From NCBI GenBank assembly GCA_964389525.1, contig CAYMEX010000005.1, forward strand, positions 12,044 through 76,043: DNA of 64,000 bases. Direction: 5' to 3'. Within the stretch, counting starts at the first letter, position 1; every line of letters begins with the position of its first letter. Positions 1-9,718 of this stretch are shown here, in pieces. A model generated the notes under the pieces. The model saw only the letters and a list, made by a program, of their open reading frames with translations. It was not told the origin of the DNA and did not search any database. This DNA comes from an uncultured Muribaculaceae bacterium. GTDB lineage: Bacteria > Bacteroidota > Bacteroidia > Bacteroidales > Muribaculaceae. The position numbers were made by a program, and so were the translations under genes.

Positions 1-1463
1 TGTCCGCGCCAGCAGGCCACTACGCGTGGTATGCAGTCGTCGGTCAGGCCGCAGTCCATCACCGTTATCACGCTCCAGTCGGCTCCGTCGCTCACGCCGC
101 CTATGTCGACCCCGACGACATAACGCTGTCCGGCGCGTTGTCGCGGATTCTCCTCAGGCATTTCCCATACCCGCAGTCCGCCGCGGCTGTCGGGCAGAAA
201 CTTCACCCCTCGCAGTGCGGCGGCGCCTGTCAGAGCGCGTCCTGTGATCTCGCCGACGGCCAGAGGTTCCTCGCACCCCTCGCGCAGACGCTCCACGAGT
301 TCCTGCCCGAACACGCCCGATCCCGAGTGCACAAACGCCTCCATCGCCGTCGTGGGGTACTCGGCCTTCATCTGCGAGTGCGACGCATATTCGCGCCGTT
401 TGTGGTGATACCAGCCTATCTGGTCGAGCGAAAGACCCTGCTCCCACAGGCCGCGCTCATAGTCGTCGAGGCTGTCCCAGAGCCCGCGGCGGTCGGTGAC
501 CTTCACGCGGTATATCTCGATCTCGTGCCATGCCACAAACACCGCCTCTTTGTCGCTTTTGCCCGCCACGGCGCGTTGCCATTCGCGGTGAAAGAAACTG
601 CCTGTGCCGTTGGCCGTGCTCTCCATCACCAGCAGCGTGCCCGCGCCGTTATGTATGCCGCCGATAGCGCGGATGAAGTCGTCGGGGCTGCGGCGTGTCG
701 TGTCGCGCCAGAACGCCACTTCCGAGAGATGCGCCATGGCGTAGTCGCCGCCACGCACGGCCTCCTGGTTTTCGATTGAACCGATCGTCACGTGGCAGTT
801 GCGTCCTGCGATCTCGCGCACGTTCAGCGCCCCTTCCCACGACCGGAATCTCGGCGACGGCTTTTTCTTCTCTTTGCCCGTTTTCTTTGCGGGTTCACCG
901 TCGGCGTCAAGCTCCTCCCAGTATTCTTCGGGATAGCCTGCGAGCAGTTTGCTGTACATGCCCCTGATCGTCGCCGACGTGTCTTTCACCTGCGAGCATA
1001 TAAGCGAATGGCAGTTGGTGTAGAGCACCGTCTGCCACCACGCCATATAGATCTGCACAAGCGTCGACCCGCCCCACTGCCGCGCCTTGAGCAGTATCAC
1101 CCTCACCGGCTTCTCCTCCTGCCGCATCCGCTCCATCACGCCCAGCAGCTTGCGTTGCGGAGCGTTGAGCCTGAAAGGTATGTCGCGGCCGCTTATCTTG
1201 TCCTTGATGCGCGCGCAGGTCACGGCCCAGTACTCGAAATCGTGGCGGCAGCGGGCTTTCACGTAGGCCACGCGGCTGCGTGCCGCCTTGTAGGCCTTGT
1301 CTTCGACGAGCGACACAGGCAGCAGGCACACCCCGTCGCGCTTCTCGCCGGTGTCGACCTTCACCCGACGTCCCTGGCAGCCGATGCCCTTCACCGGGTC
1401 GTAGGCCACGTCAAGACGTTTGCGTCGGCGGTCGTCCTCGCGCGTTATCTTTCTGAAATCCAT
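1..1463 (-). CDS. phage terminase large subunit-like protein (N-terminal ~487 aa; ORF runs off the left edge, so it is missing from the supplied track)
   Basis: My own minus-strand translation from the ATG at 1463-1461 gives MDFRKITREDDRRRKRLDVAYDPVKG... The frame stays open to position 3. It contains LKARQWGGSTLVQ (Walker A-like), TLLVMEST (Walker B-like) and YVVGVDIGGVSDGADWSV (RNase H-like nuclease Asp block). Confidence 0.7.
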   Translation of the reverse strand, partial: MDFRKITREDDRRRKRLDVAYDPVKGIGCQGRRVKVDTGEKRDGVCLLPVSLVEDKAYKAARSRVAYVKARCRHDFEYWAVTCARIKDKISGRDIPFRLNAPQRKLLGVMERMRQEEKPVRVILLKARQWGGSTLVQIYMAWWQTVLYTNCHSLICSQVKDTSATIRGMYSKLLAGYPEEYWEELDADGEPAKKTGKEKKKPSPRFRSWEGALNVREIAGRNCHVTIGSIENQEAVRGGDYAMAHLSEVAFWRDTTRRSPDDFIRAIGGIHNGAGTLLVMESTANGTGSFFHREWQRAVAGKSDKEAVFVAWHEIEIYRVKVTDRRGLWDSLDDYERGLWEQGLSLDQIGWYHHKRREYASHSQMKAEYPTTAMEAFVHSGSGVFGQELVERLREGCEEPLAVGEITGRALTGAAALRGVKFLPDSRGGLRVWEMPEENPRQRAGQRYVVGVDIGGVSDGADWSVITVMDCGLTDDCIPRVVACWRG

Positions 1464-1482
1464 TCTGTTTTACATTTTAAAA

Positions 1483-1510
1483 GTAGGGACGCACGGTTCG
1501 TGCGTCCGCC
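1483..1510. repeat. REP-type hairpin with GTAG head (GTAG-GGACGCAC-GGTTC-GTGCGTCC-GCC)
   Basis: It has a perfect 8-bp stem. The same unit recurs at 5613-5640, with a partial copy at 5448-5462. It lies between the 861-aa gene and the terminase-like gene. Confidence 0.75.
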
Positions 1511-1528
1511 TGATCTCGTGTCTCCTGC

Positions 1529-4114
1529 TTATTTCATGTGCAGACTTATACCGCTCAGACGCATGTCGGGCGACACTGTGCCTTTCAGTCCGATCGTAAA
1601 CCAGTGCCGGCGTCCGGCGTTGACCGGCAGAAACAGCGACTCTTTCATCGTGCCGCTTATCATGGCCGACAGAAGCAGCCTCACCAGCGCTATCGAGGCG
1701 GCGCCCCCGTCGGTTGTGGCTGTCAGGCGCGCTTTCACGGCCGAGGCGACCATGGCCAGGCCGATAGAGGTGAGGCGCAGCACCGAGCCGAGCGTCCCGC
1801 GGGTGGGAGTGGCAACGTAGTCGGGCAGCTCCACACGGCAGCTCCACTCCACCTCTTTTTCGCTCTGCTCACGGTGGCGTGAGTCGCGCAGCTTCCCGTC
1901 GTTGTCGATTATGCGCAGACACCCGTCGCCGCTGCTCATTGCCGAGGCGGTCAGTGGCGTGTCGCGCAGATAGAAGTGGTCGGGGGCTTCCGAGGGGCGC
2001 ACCTGCGCCATGCCGCCGGCGAGCATTATCCACAGGTCGCCGCCGTCCCATCCTATGCCCTGTGTGTCGGTGGGAGTGATGCCCGGGAAGTCCGTCGCCT
2101 TGCTCCCTCTCACATTCACGGCGCATCCGCCAGCTATCACCGCTACGCCACGGTCGGCGGTGCCACGGGCTATGTCGCGCCGGCTTCTCACGGCGCGCCG
2201 GTCGATCAGTTGCAGTGCCACCGGCTCGTGACGAGCATTGGTGACGCACAGATTTATGCCGCTTTCGCCGAACACATAGAACCTGTCGCGGCTGAAATCC
2301 CATGCCGACGACAGCGCCGTGGCGGTCGTGATCCCCGCTATGCGGTGGCCGGGAGAACCCGTCATGCCCGAGGGCGCGAGGCTGTCCGATGCCGGTGCCG
2401 ACACGATGGCGCCGGTGTATGTCTTGCGTCCGACGGTCGACGCCTCGACTTTGAACGCTTCCTCCTCTGTGTACGAGAGCTGCAGAGGGCGCAGGGTGGG
2501 GGAGAGCCATGCCGACAGCCCGCTTCCTGCGATCGGCGTGAGTGTGACCGTCGCCGAGGCTGTTCCCTCGGCCGTCTTCACTCTCACGGTGAGTGTGCCT
2601 CCCTCTTCGCCGGGCCACACTATCAGCGGCGACAGCTGCGTCGGCGCGTCGCCATATCCGGCCGAATTGCAGGTGGCGCGTCCCTCCTTGCGTTCCACCG
2701 ACAGTGTGCCGGTCCACGATCGCTCCGTTGCCGTGGCTGTGGCGAAATGTGCGGCACCCCATCTCTCGAAGGGGAGAGCTGTGATGTTGCCCCATATTGT
2801 CGTGTCGCCGTTGGTCGCGGCAGTCCCGGCGGTGAATGCGGCTGTCCGCCATCCTCCGCCCGCGAGTATTGTCTCGTGGGGGAGTCTTGCCCGCGGTGCT
2901 TTGGCGAACGCTCTGGTGAGACGCCGGTGACACTCGGCCGCTGTCAGGCCGCCGCATGGCACACTCAGTACTATCTTCTTCCCGAGGTTTTCCGTCGCAA
3001 ACGGGTCGCTGACTGCAGCCACCTTCTCGCATATGCTGTCAAATCTTGCCAGTGCGCTGAGCACCGTGTCGCGCAGTTTGGCGGTGTCGCCCGTCATCGT
3101 CACGGCCATGCCGGGCATGTAGAACCGCAGCTTGTGTGCATCCATGTCGAGGCTGTCGGCGATGATGCCGCTCTGATCCACGGCGTGCAGCGGCCCTGCG
3201 GCTTCCACTTCAAGACGCTTCACGCGCCTTGCCGCGTCCTCTCCTGCGGCATCGGGCAGCAGTAGAGTCGGCACAAACGACTCGGCCGCGATGCTGAAAG
3301 CCGCCCGCTGTGTGTCTCCGTTCCCGCTTACCGTCACTGTCATCTCCTCTCCCGGCTGATACCCCTTGTCGGTGCCGGTCATCACCACCGGCGACAGAAA
3401 CAGAGTCCGCCCGTCGGCATCCGTCAGTCTGTAGCGCAGAAGCAGTGGGGCGATGCTGCGGCCCGCCGAGCGGGCCAGGCTCTCAAGCTCCTCCATTGCC
3501 GTTGTCACGTCGTCGGCCAGCGCGGCTCTGTCGCTTTTCTCGAGGCGGTGGCTTGTGGAACTGTATGTCCCTTTGAGCTTCATCTCGGCCACGTCGGCGG
3601 TGAGCGTCGAGTAGCTGTCGGCGATAAACGTTGCCGCCGCAAACTCAGGGTGTGCCTCCTCCACGCGCCACACGCCATCCGTCTCGTCGGCCGAGAGATA
3701 AAAGGCGCTTGTCTCGGTCATCACAGTCACGCGGCTCCCGTCCCCCTCAGTCACGGCGCAGAGCGGAGCCGATGCCAGCGGAGCCGTCGTGTGGCACGAC
3801 ACCGCGTCGGCCCCGTGGTCGCACCCGGTCACGATTGTCAGCATGTTGCCGTTTTTAAGCAGCAGACACTCTCCACGCCAGGGGTGCTGCCAGCACAGCA
3901 GGGGCACCGATCCTGCGCCCACCTCGGCAAGAGCTGCGAAATCGTCCACCGGCACGAGTCGCCCACGCTCGCTCCCCGGACGCAGATTTTTGCACGACAC
4001 CGTGCCCTGCCATCCGGCCGTTGCGCTGTTGTCGGCTATGCCGTGTGCGGTGTGCGGCAATGCGGCCGCCACATCCAGACGCCGCCCGTCGGTTTTTCCA
4101 AAAGTGTTTTTCAT
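1529..4114 (-). CDS. large hypothetical protein (~861 aa from the ATG at 4114; track ORF starts at a TTG at 4144)
   Basis: It is a long uninterrupted ORF co-oriented with the terminase-like gene and upstream of it. I saw no signal peptide and recognised no motif. Confidence 0.6.
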   Translation of the reverse strand: MKNTFGKTDGRRLDVAAALPHTAHGIADNSATAGWQGTVSCKNLRPGSERGRLVPVDDFAALAEVGAGSVPLLCWQHPWRGECLLLKNGNMLTIVTGCDHGADAVSCHTTAPLASAPLCAVTEGDGSRVTVMTETSAFYLSADETDGVWRVEEAHPEFAAATFIADSYSTLTADVAEMKLKGTYSSTSHRLEKSDRAALADDVTTAMEELESLARSAGRSIAPLLLRYRLTDADGRTLFLSPVVMTGTDKGYQPGEEMTVTVSGNGDTQRAAFSIAAESFVPTLLLPDAAGEDAARRVKRLEVEAAGPLHAVDQSGIIADSLDMDAHKLRFYMPGMAVTMTGDTAKLRDTVLSALARFDSICEKVAAVSDPFATENLGKKIVLSVPCGGLTAAECHRRLTRAFAKAPRARLPHETILAGGGWRTAAFTAGTAATNGDTTIWGNITALPFERWGAAHFATATATERSWTGTLSVERKEGRATCNSAGYGDAPTQLSPLIVWPGEEGGTLTVRVKTAEGTASATVTLTPIAGSGLSAWLSPTLRPLQLSYTEEEAFKVEASTVGRKTYTGAIVSAPASDSLAPSGMTGSPGHRIAGITTATALSSAWDFSRDRFYVFGESGINLCVTNARHEPVALQLIDRRAVRSRRDIARGTADRGVAVIAGGCAVNVRGSKATDFPGITPTDTQGIGWDGGDLWIMLAGGMAQVRPSEAPDHFYLRDTPLTASAMSSGDGCLRIIDNDGKLRDSRHREQSEKEVEWSCRVELPDYVATPTRGTLGSVLRLTSIGLAMVASAVKARLTATTDGGAASIALVRLLLSAMISGTMKESLFLPVNAGRRHWFTIGLKGTVSPDMRLSGISLHMK

Positions 4115-4278
4115 AGTATTGTTCTTGTGTGTTTCCTGTCGCAAAACTACTCCCGTCCTGAAGCCCCCGGTGTGTTAAATGGCCTCTGCGTTTTTTAACC
4201 CGTGTGTCATTCCCGCTACACTGTCACGCGCGCTGTGACAGCTAATTTGTCTACCTTTACCGTGAAAACTATTGAATT

Positions 4279-5409
4279 ATGAGAAATATCAGACAATCAG
4301 GCATTATTCTGTTCAGCCTCTTGGCTTTCATATTCCCGGCCACACTTTTCGGTCAGACATCCGTCTCCCGCAGCGTGTCGGTTGAGGAGACCGTGCAGTT
4401 CCGTCCCCATTTATTCCTGCAGCCACAGGCCGGAGTCGGTCTGACAATTGGCGAGCGGAAAATGGGCGACCTCATTTCGCCCGCTGCCGCTATAAATCTC
4501 GGCTATCGGTTCACGCCCGCGTTTGCATTGCGTGCCGGAGTGTCGGGCTGGCAGGCACGTGGAGCATGGGTGTCACCTGTCCGTCACTACAAGTTCGGTT
4601 ATCTTCAGGGCAGCGTCGATGCCATGCTCTCGTTCACAAACCTTGCTTGCGGACACAACCCTGACCGCACGCTCGACTTCTACGGATTTATCGGCGCGGG
4701 CGTCGCCGGCGGTTTCCACAACAAAGATGCGGAGCGCCTCAATGCCGAAGGACACCATTTCGACCGACTCTGGACGGGCAAGACATTCTTCCCTGCCGCG
4801 CGTGCCGGCCTCGGACTCGATGTCAACCTCAGCCGCAGTTTCGCGCTAAGCCTCGAGGTCAACGCCGACATGCTCCCCGACAAGTTCAACTCCAAGAAAG
4901 GCAGCTCGTTCGACTGGCAGTACAATGCACTCATAGGTGTGAAATACAGCTTTGGCGGACGCTCGCGCAAGATTGTAAGCCGCACCGAGGAGGTCGTCGA
5001 GGAAGTCGCCGAGCCTGCGCCACATGTTGTGTACGCCACCGAGCTCACGCCCCTTCCTGAGCCCGCCAAGGCCGAGCCCGTCAGCCCCGAACCTATGAAG
5101 CAGGATATTTTCTTCCGCATCAACTCATCCGTCATTTCTCAGGCCGAGCAGCCCAAAGTCGACGCGCTGATACTTTACCTCAAAGAGAACCCCGATGCCC
5201 GCATAGTCATAACCGGCTATGCCGACCGTGCCACAGGCTATCCCGCCTACAACCTCAAGCTCTCGGCCGCACGCGCCGACAGAGTTGCAGCCGCACTCAA
5301 GGACGCCGGCATCGATCAGGCGCGCATCACCGTTCAGGCCAAAGGCGACACCGTACAGCCCTTCGACGCCGTCCCGCGCAACCGCGTCGCCATCTGCCTC
5401 GCCCAATAA
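4279..5409 (+). CDS. OmpA family outer-membrane protein
   Basis: It has an N-terminal signal peptide, a beta-barrel-like N-terminal half and a Pro/Glu-rich linker. The C-terminal OmpA-like domain reads ITGYADRATGYPAYNLKLSAARADRVAAAL. Confidence 0.9.
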   Translation: MRNIRQSGIILFSLLAFIFPATLFGQTSVSRSVSVEETVQFRPHLFLQPQAGVGLTIGERKMGDLISPAAAINLGYRFTPAFALRAGVSGWQARGAWVSPVRHYKFGYLQGSVDAMLSFTNLACGHNPDRTLDFYGFIGAGVAGGFHNKDAERLNAEGHHFDRLWTGKTFFPAARAGLGLDVNLSRSFALSLEVNADMLPDKFNSKKGSSFDWQYNALIGVKYSFGGRSRKIVSRTEEVVEEVAEPAPHVVYATELTPLPEPAKAEPVSPEPMKQDIFFRINSSVISQAEQPKVDALILYLKENPDARIVITGYADRATGYPAYNLKLSAARADRVAAALKDAGIDQARITVQAKGDTVQPFDAVPRNRVAICLAQ

Positions 5410-5439
5410 CAGCTCTGTAACAGATCTGTAGTGGCGTGC

Positions 5440-6180
5440 TCGTGAAAGTAGGGACGCACGGTCGACTGCCGATGTATCGCGTCAGCGATATGATGTCAGT
5501 AGGCCCGTATATCGAAATCGCGTAGCGATGCAGATATGCGGGTATCGTGTACGTCATCAATTCTCGATGCCGTTAGGTATCGGATCGACTGCCAATAGTC
5601 TTCTCACAGAGAGTAGGGACGCACGGCTCGTGCGTCCGCCACACCACACCTCCGTCGAAGACGGAGAATAATATCAAGCCCCACATCGAGCGCGCAGCGC
5701 GATGGTGTGGGGCTTGATCGTTTCATAAACCGCGGCCTCGGAGAGGTCGTTTATCCGAGCCGTCACATGATTTGTAGGGGCGTGCGACAGTACGCCCACA
5801 TCAAAGCCCGTGAAACGGGCGTCCGAGGCATCGCAGATGCCGTAACCCGGCGTAGCCGGAGCCTAACCCCATCCTGTGAGCGCAGCGAACAGGGTGGGGT
5901 TATCATCATCCTTGCCAACCAGTCTCGCAGAGACTGAACCGACCCCTCATACTGGCGCGGTATGTGACATACCTTCATTCCAAACTCGCAACGCGGGCGC
6001 CTTCTGCAATTTGTAGGGGGCGTGCGATAGTACGCCCACATCAAAGCCCGTGAAACGGGTGTCCGAGGCATCGCAGATGCCACACCCCGGCGTTTAGCAT
6101 CATCCTCGCCAACCAGTCTCGCAGAGACTGAACCGACTACTCATATATCATGCCGGAGGCATGACATTTCGTTAGCTGGG
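5440..6180. repeat. mosaic cluster of REP-like hairpin units (BIME-like)
   Basis: Units present: GTAGGGACGCACGG..., TCCGTCGAAGACGGA, CCCCACA...TGTGGGG, TGTAGGGGCGTGCGACAGTACGCCC (5773-5797 and 6013-6037), GCCCGTGAAACGGGC, GGCATCGCAGATGCC and CAGTCTCGCAGAGACTG. There is also a roughly 66-bp direct repeat at 5770-5835 and 6009-6075. Confidence 0.85.
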
Positions 6181-6266
6181 TCACCGTCAGGTGTGCCCGG
6201 TAGATCACAATACCAAAACAGGCGCGGGGAACATCTCCTCGCGCCTGCCATTTTATAAAGTTTGGT

Positions 6267-7112
6267 TTATCCCTTGCGTAGGTGATAGTCGACCAGACCC
6301 TCCATCGGTGAGCGGCTGATAGCTCCGAGAGAGCAGTCCATAGCATCGGCGGCTTCATGCAGCACGTCCTTGAAGTACCAGCCGATAGAGCCGGTCACAT
6401 TGATGTGCATGTTCTTGTAGTTGGCGTAGCGGGTGATGTTGCGCGTGAAGAACGACTTGAACGAGTTGAGCACAAGGCGGTGGATTGCGGGCTCCTCGAT
6501 GTTTTCAAGCAGGAAAGGTGTCACCGAGGCAAGGAAACGGTTGGCGTTAGGCTCGCTGTAGACGCGATGCACCACCGTCACGGCATCCATGTTGTAGCGC
6601 TCCTGAAATTTCTCCATCAGGCTTGCGGGAAGCACACCTTTGAGCACGTCGGAGATGAGCATGCGGCCGAGCACCGCGCCGCTGCCTTCGTCGCCGAGGA
6701 TGTAGCCGAGCGACGGCACGTTGTCGACGATGTCGTTGCCGTCATAGAGACAGCTGTTTGAACCTGTGCCCATGATGCAGGCGATGCCGGGCTTGTCGCC
6801 GCAGAGCGAGCGGGCGGCGCCGAGCAGATCGCTTTCCACTGTCACAGTGGCAGTGGGAAACACCTCTGAAAGAGCCTCTTCGATTTTGCTCTTGACGCCT
6901 GAGTCAATACATCCGGCGCCATAGAAATAAATGCGGCTGATCGACATCCCGTCGGTCTTCTCGGCTACTTCCGACTGGAATATCGACAGGACTTCTTCTT
7001 TGGTAAGAATCAGGGCGTTGAGTCCCGATGTCGAAAAGCTGTTAACGGCTTCGAGGCCGTCGATGCAGCACCAGTCTGTCTTGGTGTTGCCGCTGTCAGC
7101 GATAAGTATCAT
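6267..7112 (-). CDS. BadF/BadG/BcrA/BcrD-type sugar kinase (GlcNAc/MurNAc kinase-like)
   Basis: MILIADSGNTKTDW at the N-terminus and the GTGSNS and DEGSG ATPase motifs. It is the last gene of the peptidoglycan-salvage operon. Confidence 0.8.
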   Translation of the reverse strand: MILIADSGNTKTDWCCIDGLEAVNSFSTSGLNALILTKEEVLSIFQSEVAEKTDGMSISRIYFYGAGCIDSGVKSKIEEALSEVFPTATVTVESDLLGAARSLCGDKPGIACIMGTGSNSCLYDGNDIVDNVPSLGYILGDEGSGAVLGRMLISDVLKGVLPASLMEKFQERYNMDAVTVVHRVYSEPNANRFLASVTPFLLENIEEPAIHRLVLNSFKSFFTRNITRYANYKNMHINVTGSIGWYFKDVLHEAADAMDCSLGAISRSPMEGLVDYHLRKG

Positions 7113-7133
7113 AGTTTTGGTTGGTTAGTTTCG

Positions 7134-8363
7134 TCAGTATAGTTTGTAGGGCGCGCTTTTGGCTTTGAATGCTTCGGTGCCACCCATCCACAGGTCTTTG
7201 ATGTCCTCAACCATGTGGCGTTTGCCGAAAAGAGTCCTGATCTTCTTGCTTCCGGTGACTTTGTCAAACATGTTGAGGCGTGCCGCCGCGCGTCCTGAGA
7301 GCATCTTGTGTGCCGGATACATTCTGGCCACCTCCTGTGCCACGTAAAACTGGATAAGAGTCAGCGTGGCTGCCTGGCGGTCGGTGATGTAGTATTCCAC
7401 ACCGGCCACCGGCTTCCCCTGACTCATCGAGTAGAACGGGGTATAGTGAATGGGGCGGAACTTCACGCCGGGGAGCGCGAGAGCGTTGAGGCGGTCCGAC
7501 AGTCCGGCGGCATCGTCGATCCAGGGAGCGGCGAATGTCTTGAACGGCAACGTATAGCCCACGCCTATCGACATATAGTCGAGTTCGCCGAGTATGCCGC
7601 TCGACGGATAGTAGAGCGAGGTCTCGGCCGTGGGGATATGCGGCGACGGAAGCACCCAGGGCAGTCCCGTTTCGGCGTATTCCATGTCGCGGTGCCATCC
7701 CTCCATCTTCACTACGTTGAGTTTCACCTTTTTGCCCGACTCAAGCAGCCCCTCGCCGTTGAGATACATGGCGAGCTCTCCCGGAGTCAGACCGTAAAGA
7801 TAGGGTATCGGAAATTGTGAAACAAATGATTTGCAATCATCTTCCGTGATAAGTCCCTCAACGTTTCCTCCTACGGGATTAGGGCGGTCGAGCACAACAA
7901 ACTCTTTCCCGGCCTTGGCGCAGGCATCCATGCAGAGCCCGAGGGTCGATATGAACGTGTACGATCGGCAGCCGTTGTCCTGTATGTCATAGACCATTAC
8001 GTCTATGTCGGCAAGCATGGCCGCCGAGGGGCGACGGCTGGCTCCGTAGAGCGAATACACCTTTACCCCGGTGGCGCTGTCCACGCTGTCGCTCACTTTC
8101 AGTCCGGCGTACTGGTCGCCTCTCACACCGTGCTCCGGCGCGAAAAGAGCCGTGAGCTTCACTCCGGGTGCTTCGTGCAGTATGTCGATGGTCGATTTCA
8201 GGTTGCGGTCGACGCCGGTGGGATTGGTGATAAGTCCCACGCGCTTCCCTTTGAGCACGTCAAAACCGTGGCGCACAAGCATCTCTACGCCTGGTGTCAC
8301 CTGGGCGACCGAGGCAGTCACTGCAAGCGTCATGGCCGCTAATATTGCAAATATCTTCTTCAT
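7134..8363 (-). CDS. namZ: DUF1343 family exo-beta-N-acetylmuramidase (NamZ-like)
   Basis: Signal peptide MKKIFAILAAMTLAVTASVAQ followed by LKGKRVGLITNPTGV...LFAPEHG, which is typical of DUF1343. I prefer the ATG at 8363 over the track start at 8384. Confidence 0.8.
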   Translation of the reverse strand: MKKIFAILAAMTLAVTASVAQVTPGVEMLVRHGFDVLKGKRVGLITNPTGVDRNLKSTIDILHEAPGVKLTALFAPEHGVRGDQYAGLKVSDSVDSATGVKVYSLYGASRRPSAAMLADIDVMVYDIQDNGCRSYTFISTLGLCMDACAKAGKEFVVLDRPNPVGGNVEGLITEDDCKSFVSQFPIPYLYGLTPGELAMYLNGEGLLESGKKVKLNVVKMEGWHRDMEYAETGLPWVLPSPHIPTAETSLYYPSSGILGELDYMSIGVGYTLPFKTFAAPWIDDAAGLSDRLNALALPGVKFRPIHYTPFYSMSQGKPVAGVEYYITDRQAATLTLIQFYVAQEVARMYPAHKMLSGRAAARLNMFDKVTGSKKIRTLFGKRHMVEDIKDLWMGGTEAFKAKSAPYKLY

Positions 8364-8365
8364 AT

Positions 8366-9718
8366 TCAACTCTCTTTTGAGCACTCTTTAAACGCGCTCT
8401 TGTTTATTTTCACCATCGCGCACACGGCATAGGTCGAGAGGCTGCAAAGCATTACGAGCCAGAAATAGTTGATGTAGCCCTGCGCCTGATCGCCGAAGAT
8501 GTGAAACCGGCTCACCTGCTCGTGAATCCATCCGGCGGCCATGCCCGGCAGCATCATGCCGAGTGCCATGAACGCCGTGCAGAAAGCATAGTGCGACGTC
8601 TTGTATTCGCCGTCGCAGAAATAGATCAGATACATCATGAAAGCCGTGAAGCCGAAACCGTAGCCGAGCTGCTCGAACCCGATACATGCGTTTATGATGA
8701 TCGGGTTCTGCGGTTGGGCCATGGCCATGTAGCAGTAGACTAATCCCGGCAGTGTGATCGCCATTGCCATGGGCCAGAGCCAGTATCTGAGGCCGCGCCG
8801 CGCTATGCAGATGCCGCCGAGTATGCCTCCGGCGAGCAATGCTATCACCCCGGTTGTCCCCGTAGCGATGCCAACGGCTTTGGTGCTGAGCCCGAGTCCG
8901 CCCTCGTCAGGTGGAGCGAGAAGAAACGGTCCCGACACTTTCAGCATCAGTGCTTCGGCCAGACGGTAGAGAAGCATGAACGCTAATGCCGCGGCGATAT
9001 GGCGCTTGCTGAAAAATGTGGCGAATGTATCGCCGAACTCACGCAGTATGCCTCTGACTCCGCCTGGACGTGTCGCGCGGTCGCTCTCCGGCCGTGGCAT
9101 CCACATTGTGTGGTAGATCGATATGGCAAGAAACACCACCGACAGCGTGCCGAACGTGACGGCCCAGGCATAGGGTATGTTCCCGCCGGTGCGCTCCTCC
9201 ATCTCGCCGGCGAGCCACACCATGCCTCCCTGTCCGATCAGCGACGCGATGCGGTAGAATGTGTTGCGCAGACCCACATAGGCGGCCTGCCCTTTTGGAG
9301 GCAGAGCAAGCATGTAGTAGCCGTCGGCGGCGATATCGTGCGTGGCTGAGAAAAAGGCCATAAGCCAGAAGGCGGCAAGAGTCGCTGCAAAGAAAAACGG
9401 CAGCGGTAGACACAGAGCCACAAGGGCCATGCTCACGCCGATACAGAACTGCATCGCTATCACCCAGCTGCGACGTGTGCCGAAAATGTCGACAAACGGG
9501 CTCCAGAACGGCTTGATCACCCAGGGCAGATAGAGCCACCCGGTGAAAAATGCCATTTCTGTCAGCCCTACGCCCATGCGGGTGTACATCACCACGGCCA
9601 GTGTGTTGACGGCAAAATAGGGCAGGCCCTCGGCGATGTAGAGGGTCGGAATCCACATCCACGGGCTGCGGCGGCCGGCATGATTTGTTCTATCGGTCAT
9701 GTCAGTAAAGCTTTTCAA
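8366..9718 (-). CDS. ampG: AmpG family muropeptide MFS transporter
   Basis: Polytopic membrane protein with an AmpG-like N-terminus: WMWIPTLYIAEGLPYFAVNTL...YLPWVIKPFWSPFVD. Confidence 0.85.
   Translation of the reverse strand: MKSFTDMTDRTNHAGRRSPWMWIPTLYIAEGLPYFAVNTLAVVMYTRMGVGLTEMAFFTGWLYLPWVIKPFWSPFVDIFGTRRSWVIAMQFCIGVSMALVALCLPLPFFFAATLAAFWLMAFFSATHDIAADGYYMLALPPKGQAAYVGLRNTFYRIASLIGQGGMVWLAGEMEERTGGNIPYAWAVTFGTLSVVFLAISIYHTMWMPRPESDRATRPGGVRGILREFGDTFATFFSKRHIAAALAFMLLYRLAEALMLKVSGPFLLAPPDEGGLGLSTKAVGIATGTTGVIALLAGGILGGICIARRGLRYWLWPMAMAITLPGLVYCYMAMAQPQNPIIINACIGFEQLGYGFGFTAFMMYLIYFCDGEYKTSHYAFCTAFMALGMMLPGMAAGWIHEQVSRFHIFGDQAQGYINYFWLVMLCSLSTYAVCAMVKINKSAFKECSKES

Noticed and set aside
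138-1820. Two plus-strand ORFs of 213 and 342 aa at the left edge
   Set aside because: They lie opposite the terminase-like reading frame, which has Walker and nuclease motifs and stays open for 1.46 kb. They are Arg/His-rich and motif-free.
1976-3265. 429-aa plus-strand ORF and several overlapping ORFs in other frames within 1.5-4.2 kb
   Set aside because: They are nested in or antisense to the single 2.6-kb minus-strand ORF. Their compositions are Arg/Cys/Gly-rich. The longest uninterrupted frame was preferred.
5707-6083. Short ORFs inside the repeat clusters (5707-5937, 5763-6083, 32447-32779, 63115-63324, 63321-63653)
   Set aside because: They are composed of REP hairpin units. The similar peptides (MICRGVRQYA..., GLGEVVY...) arise from the repeated DNA, and there are no start contexts.
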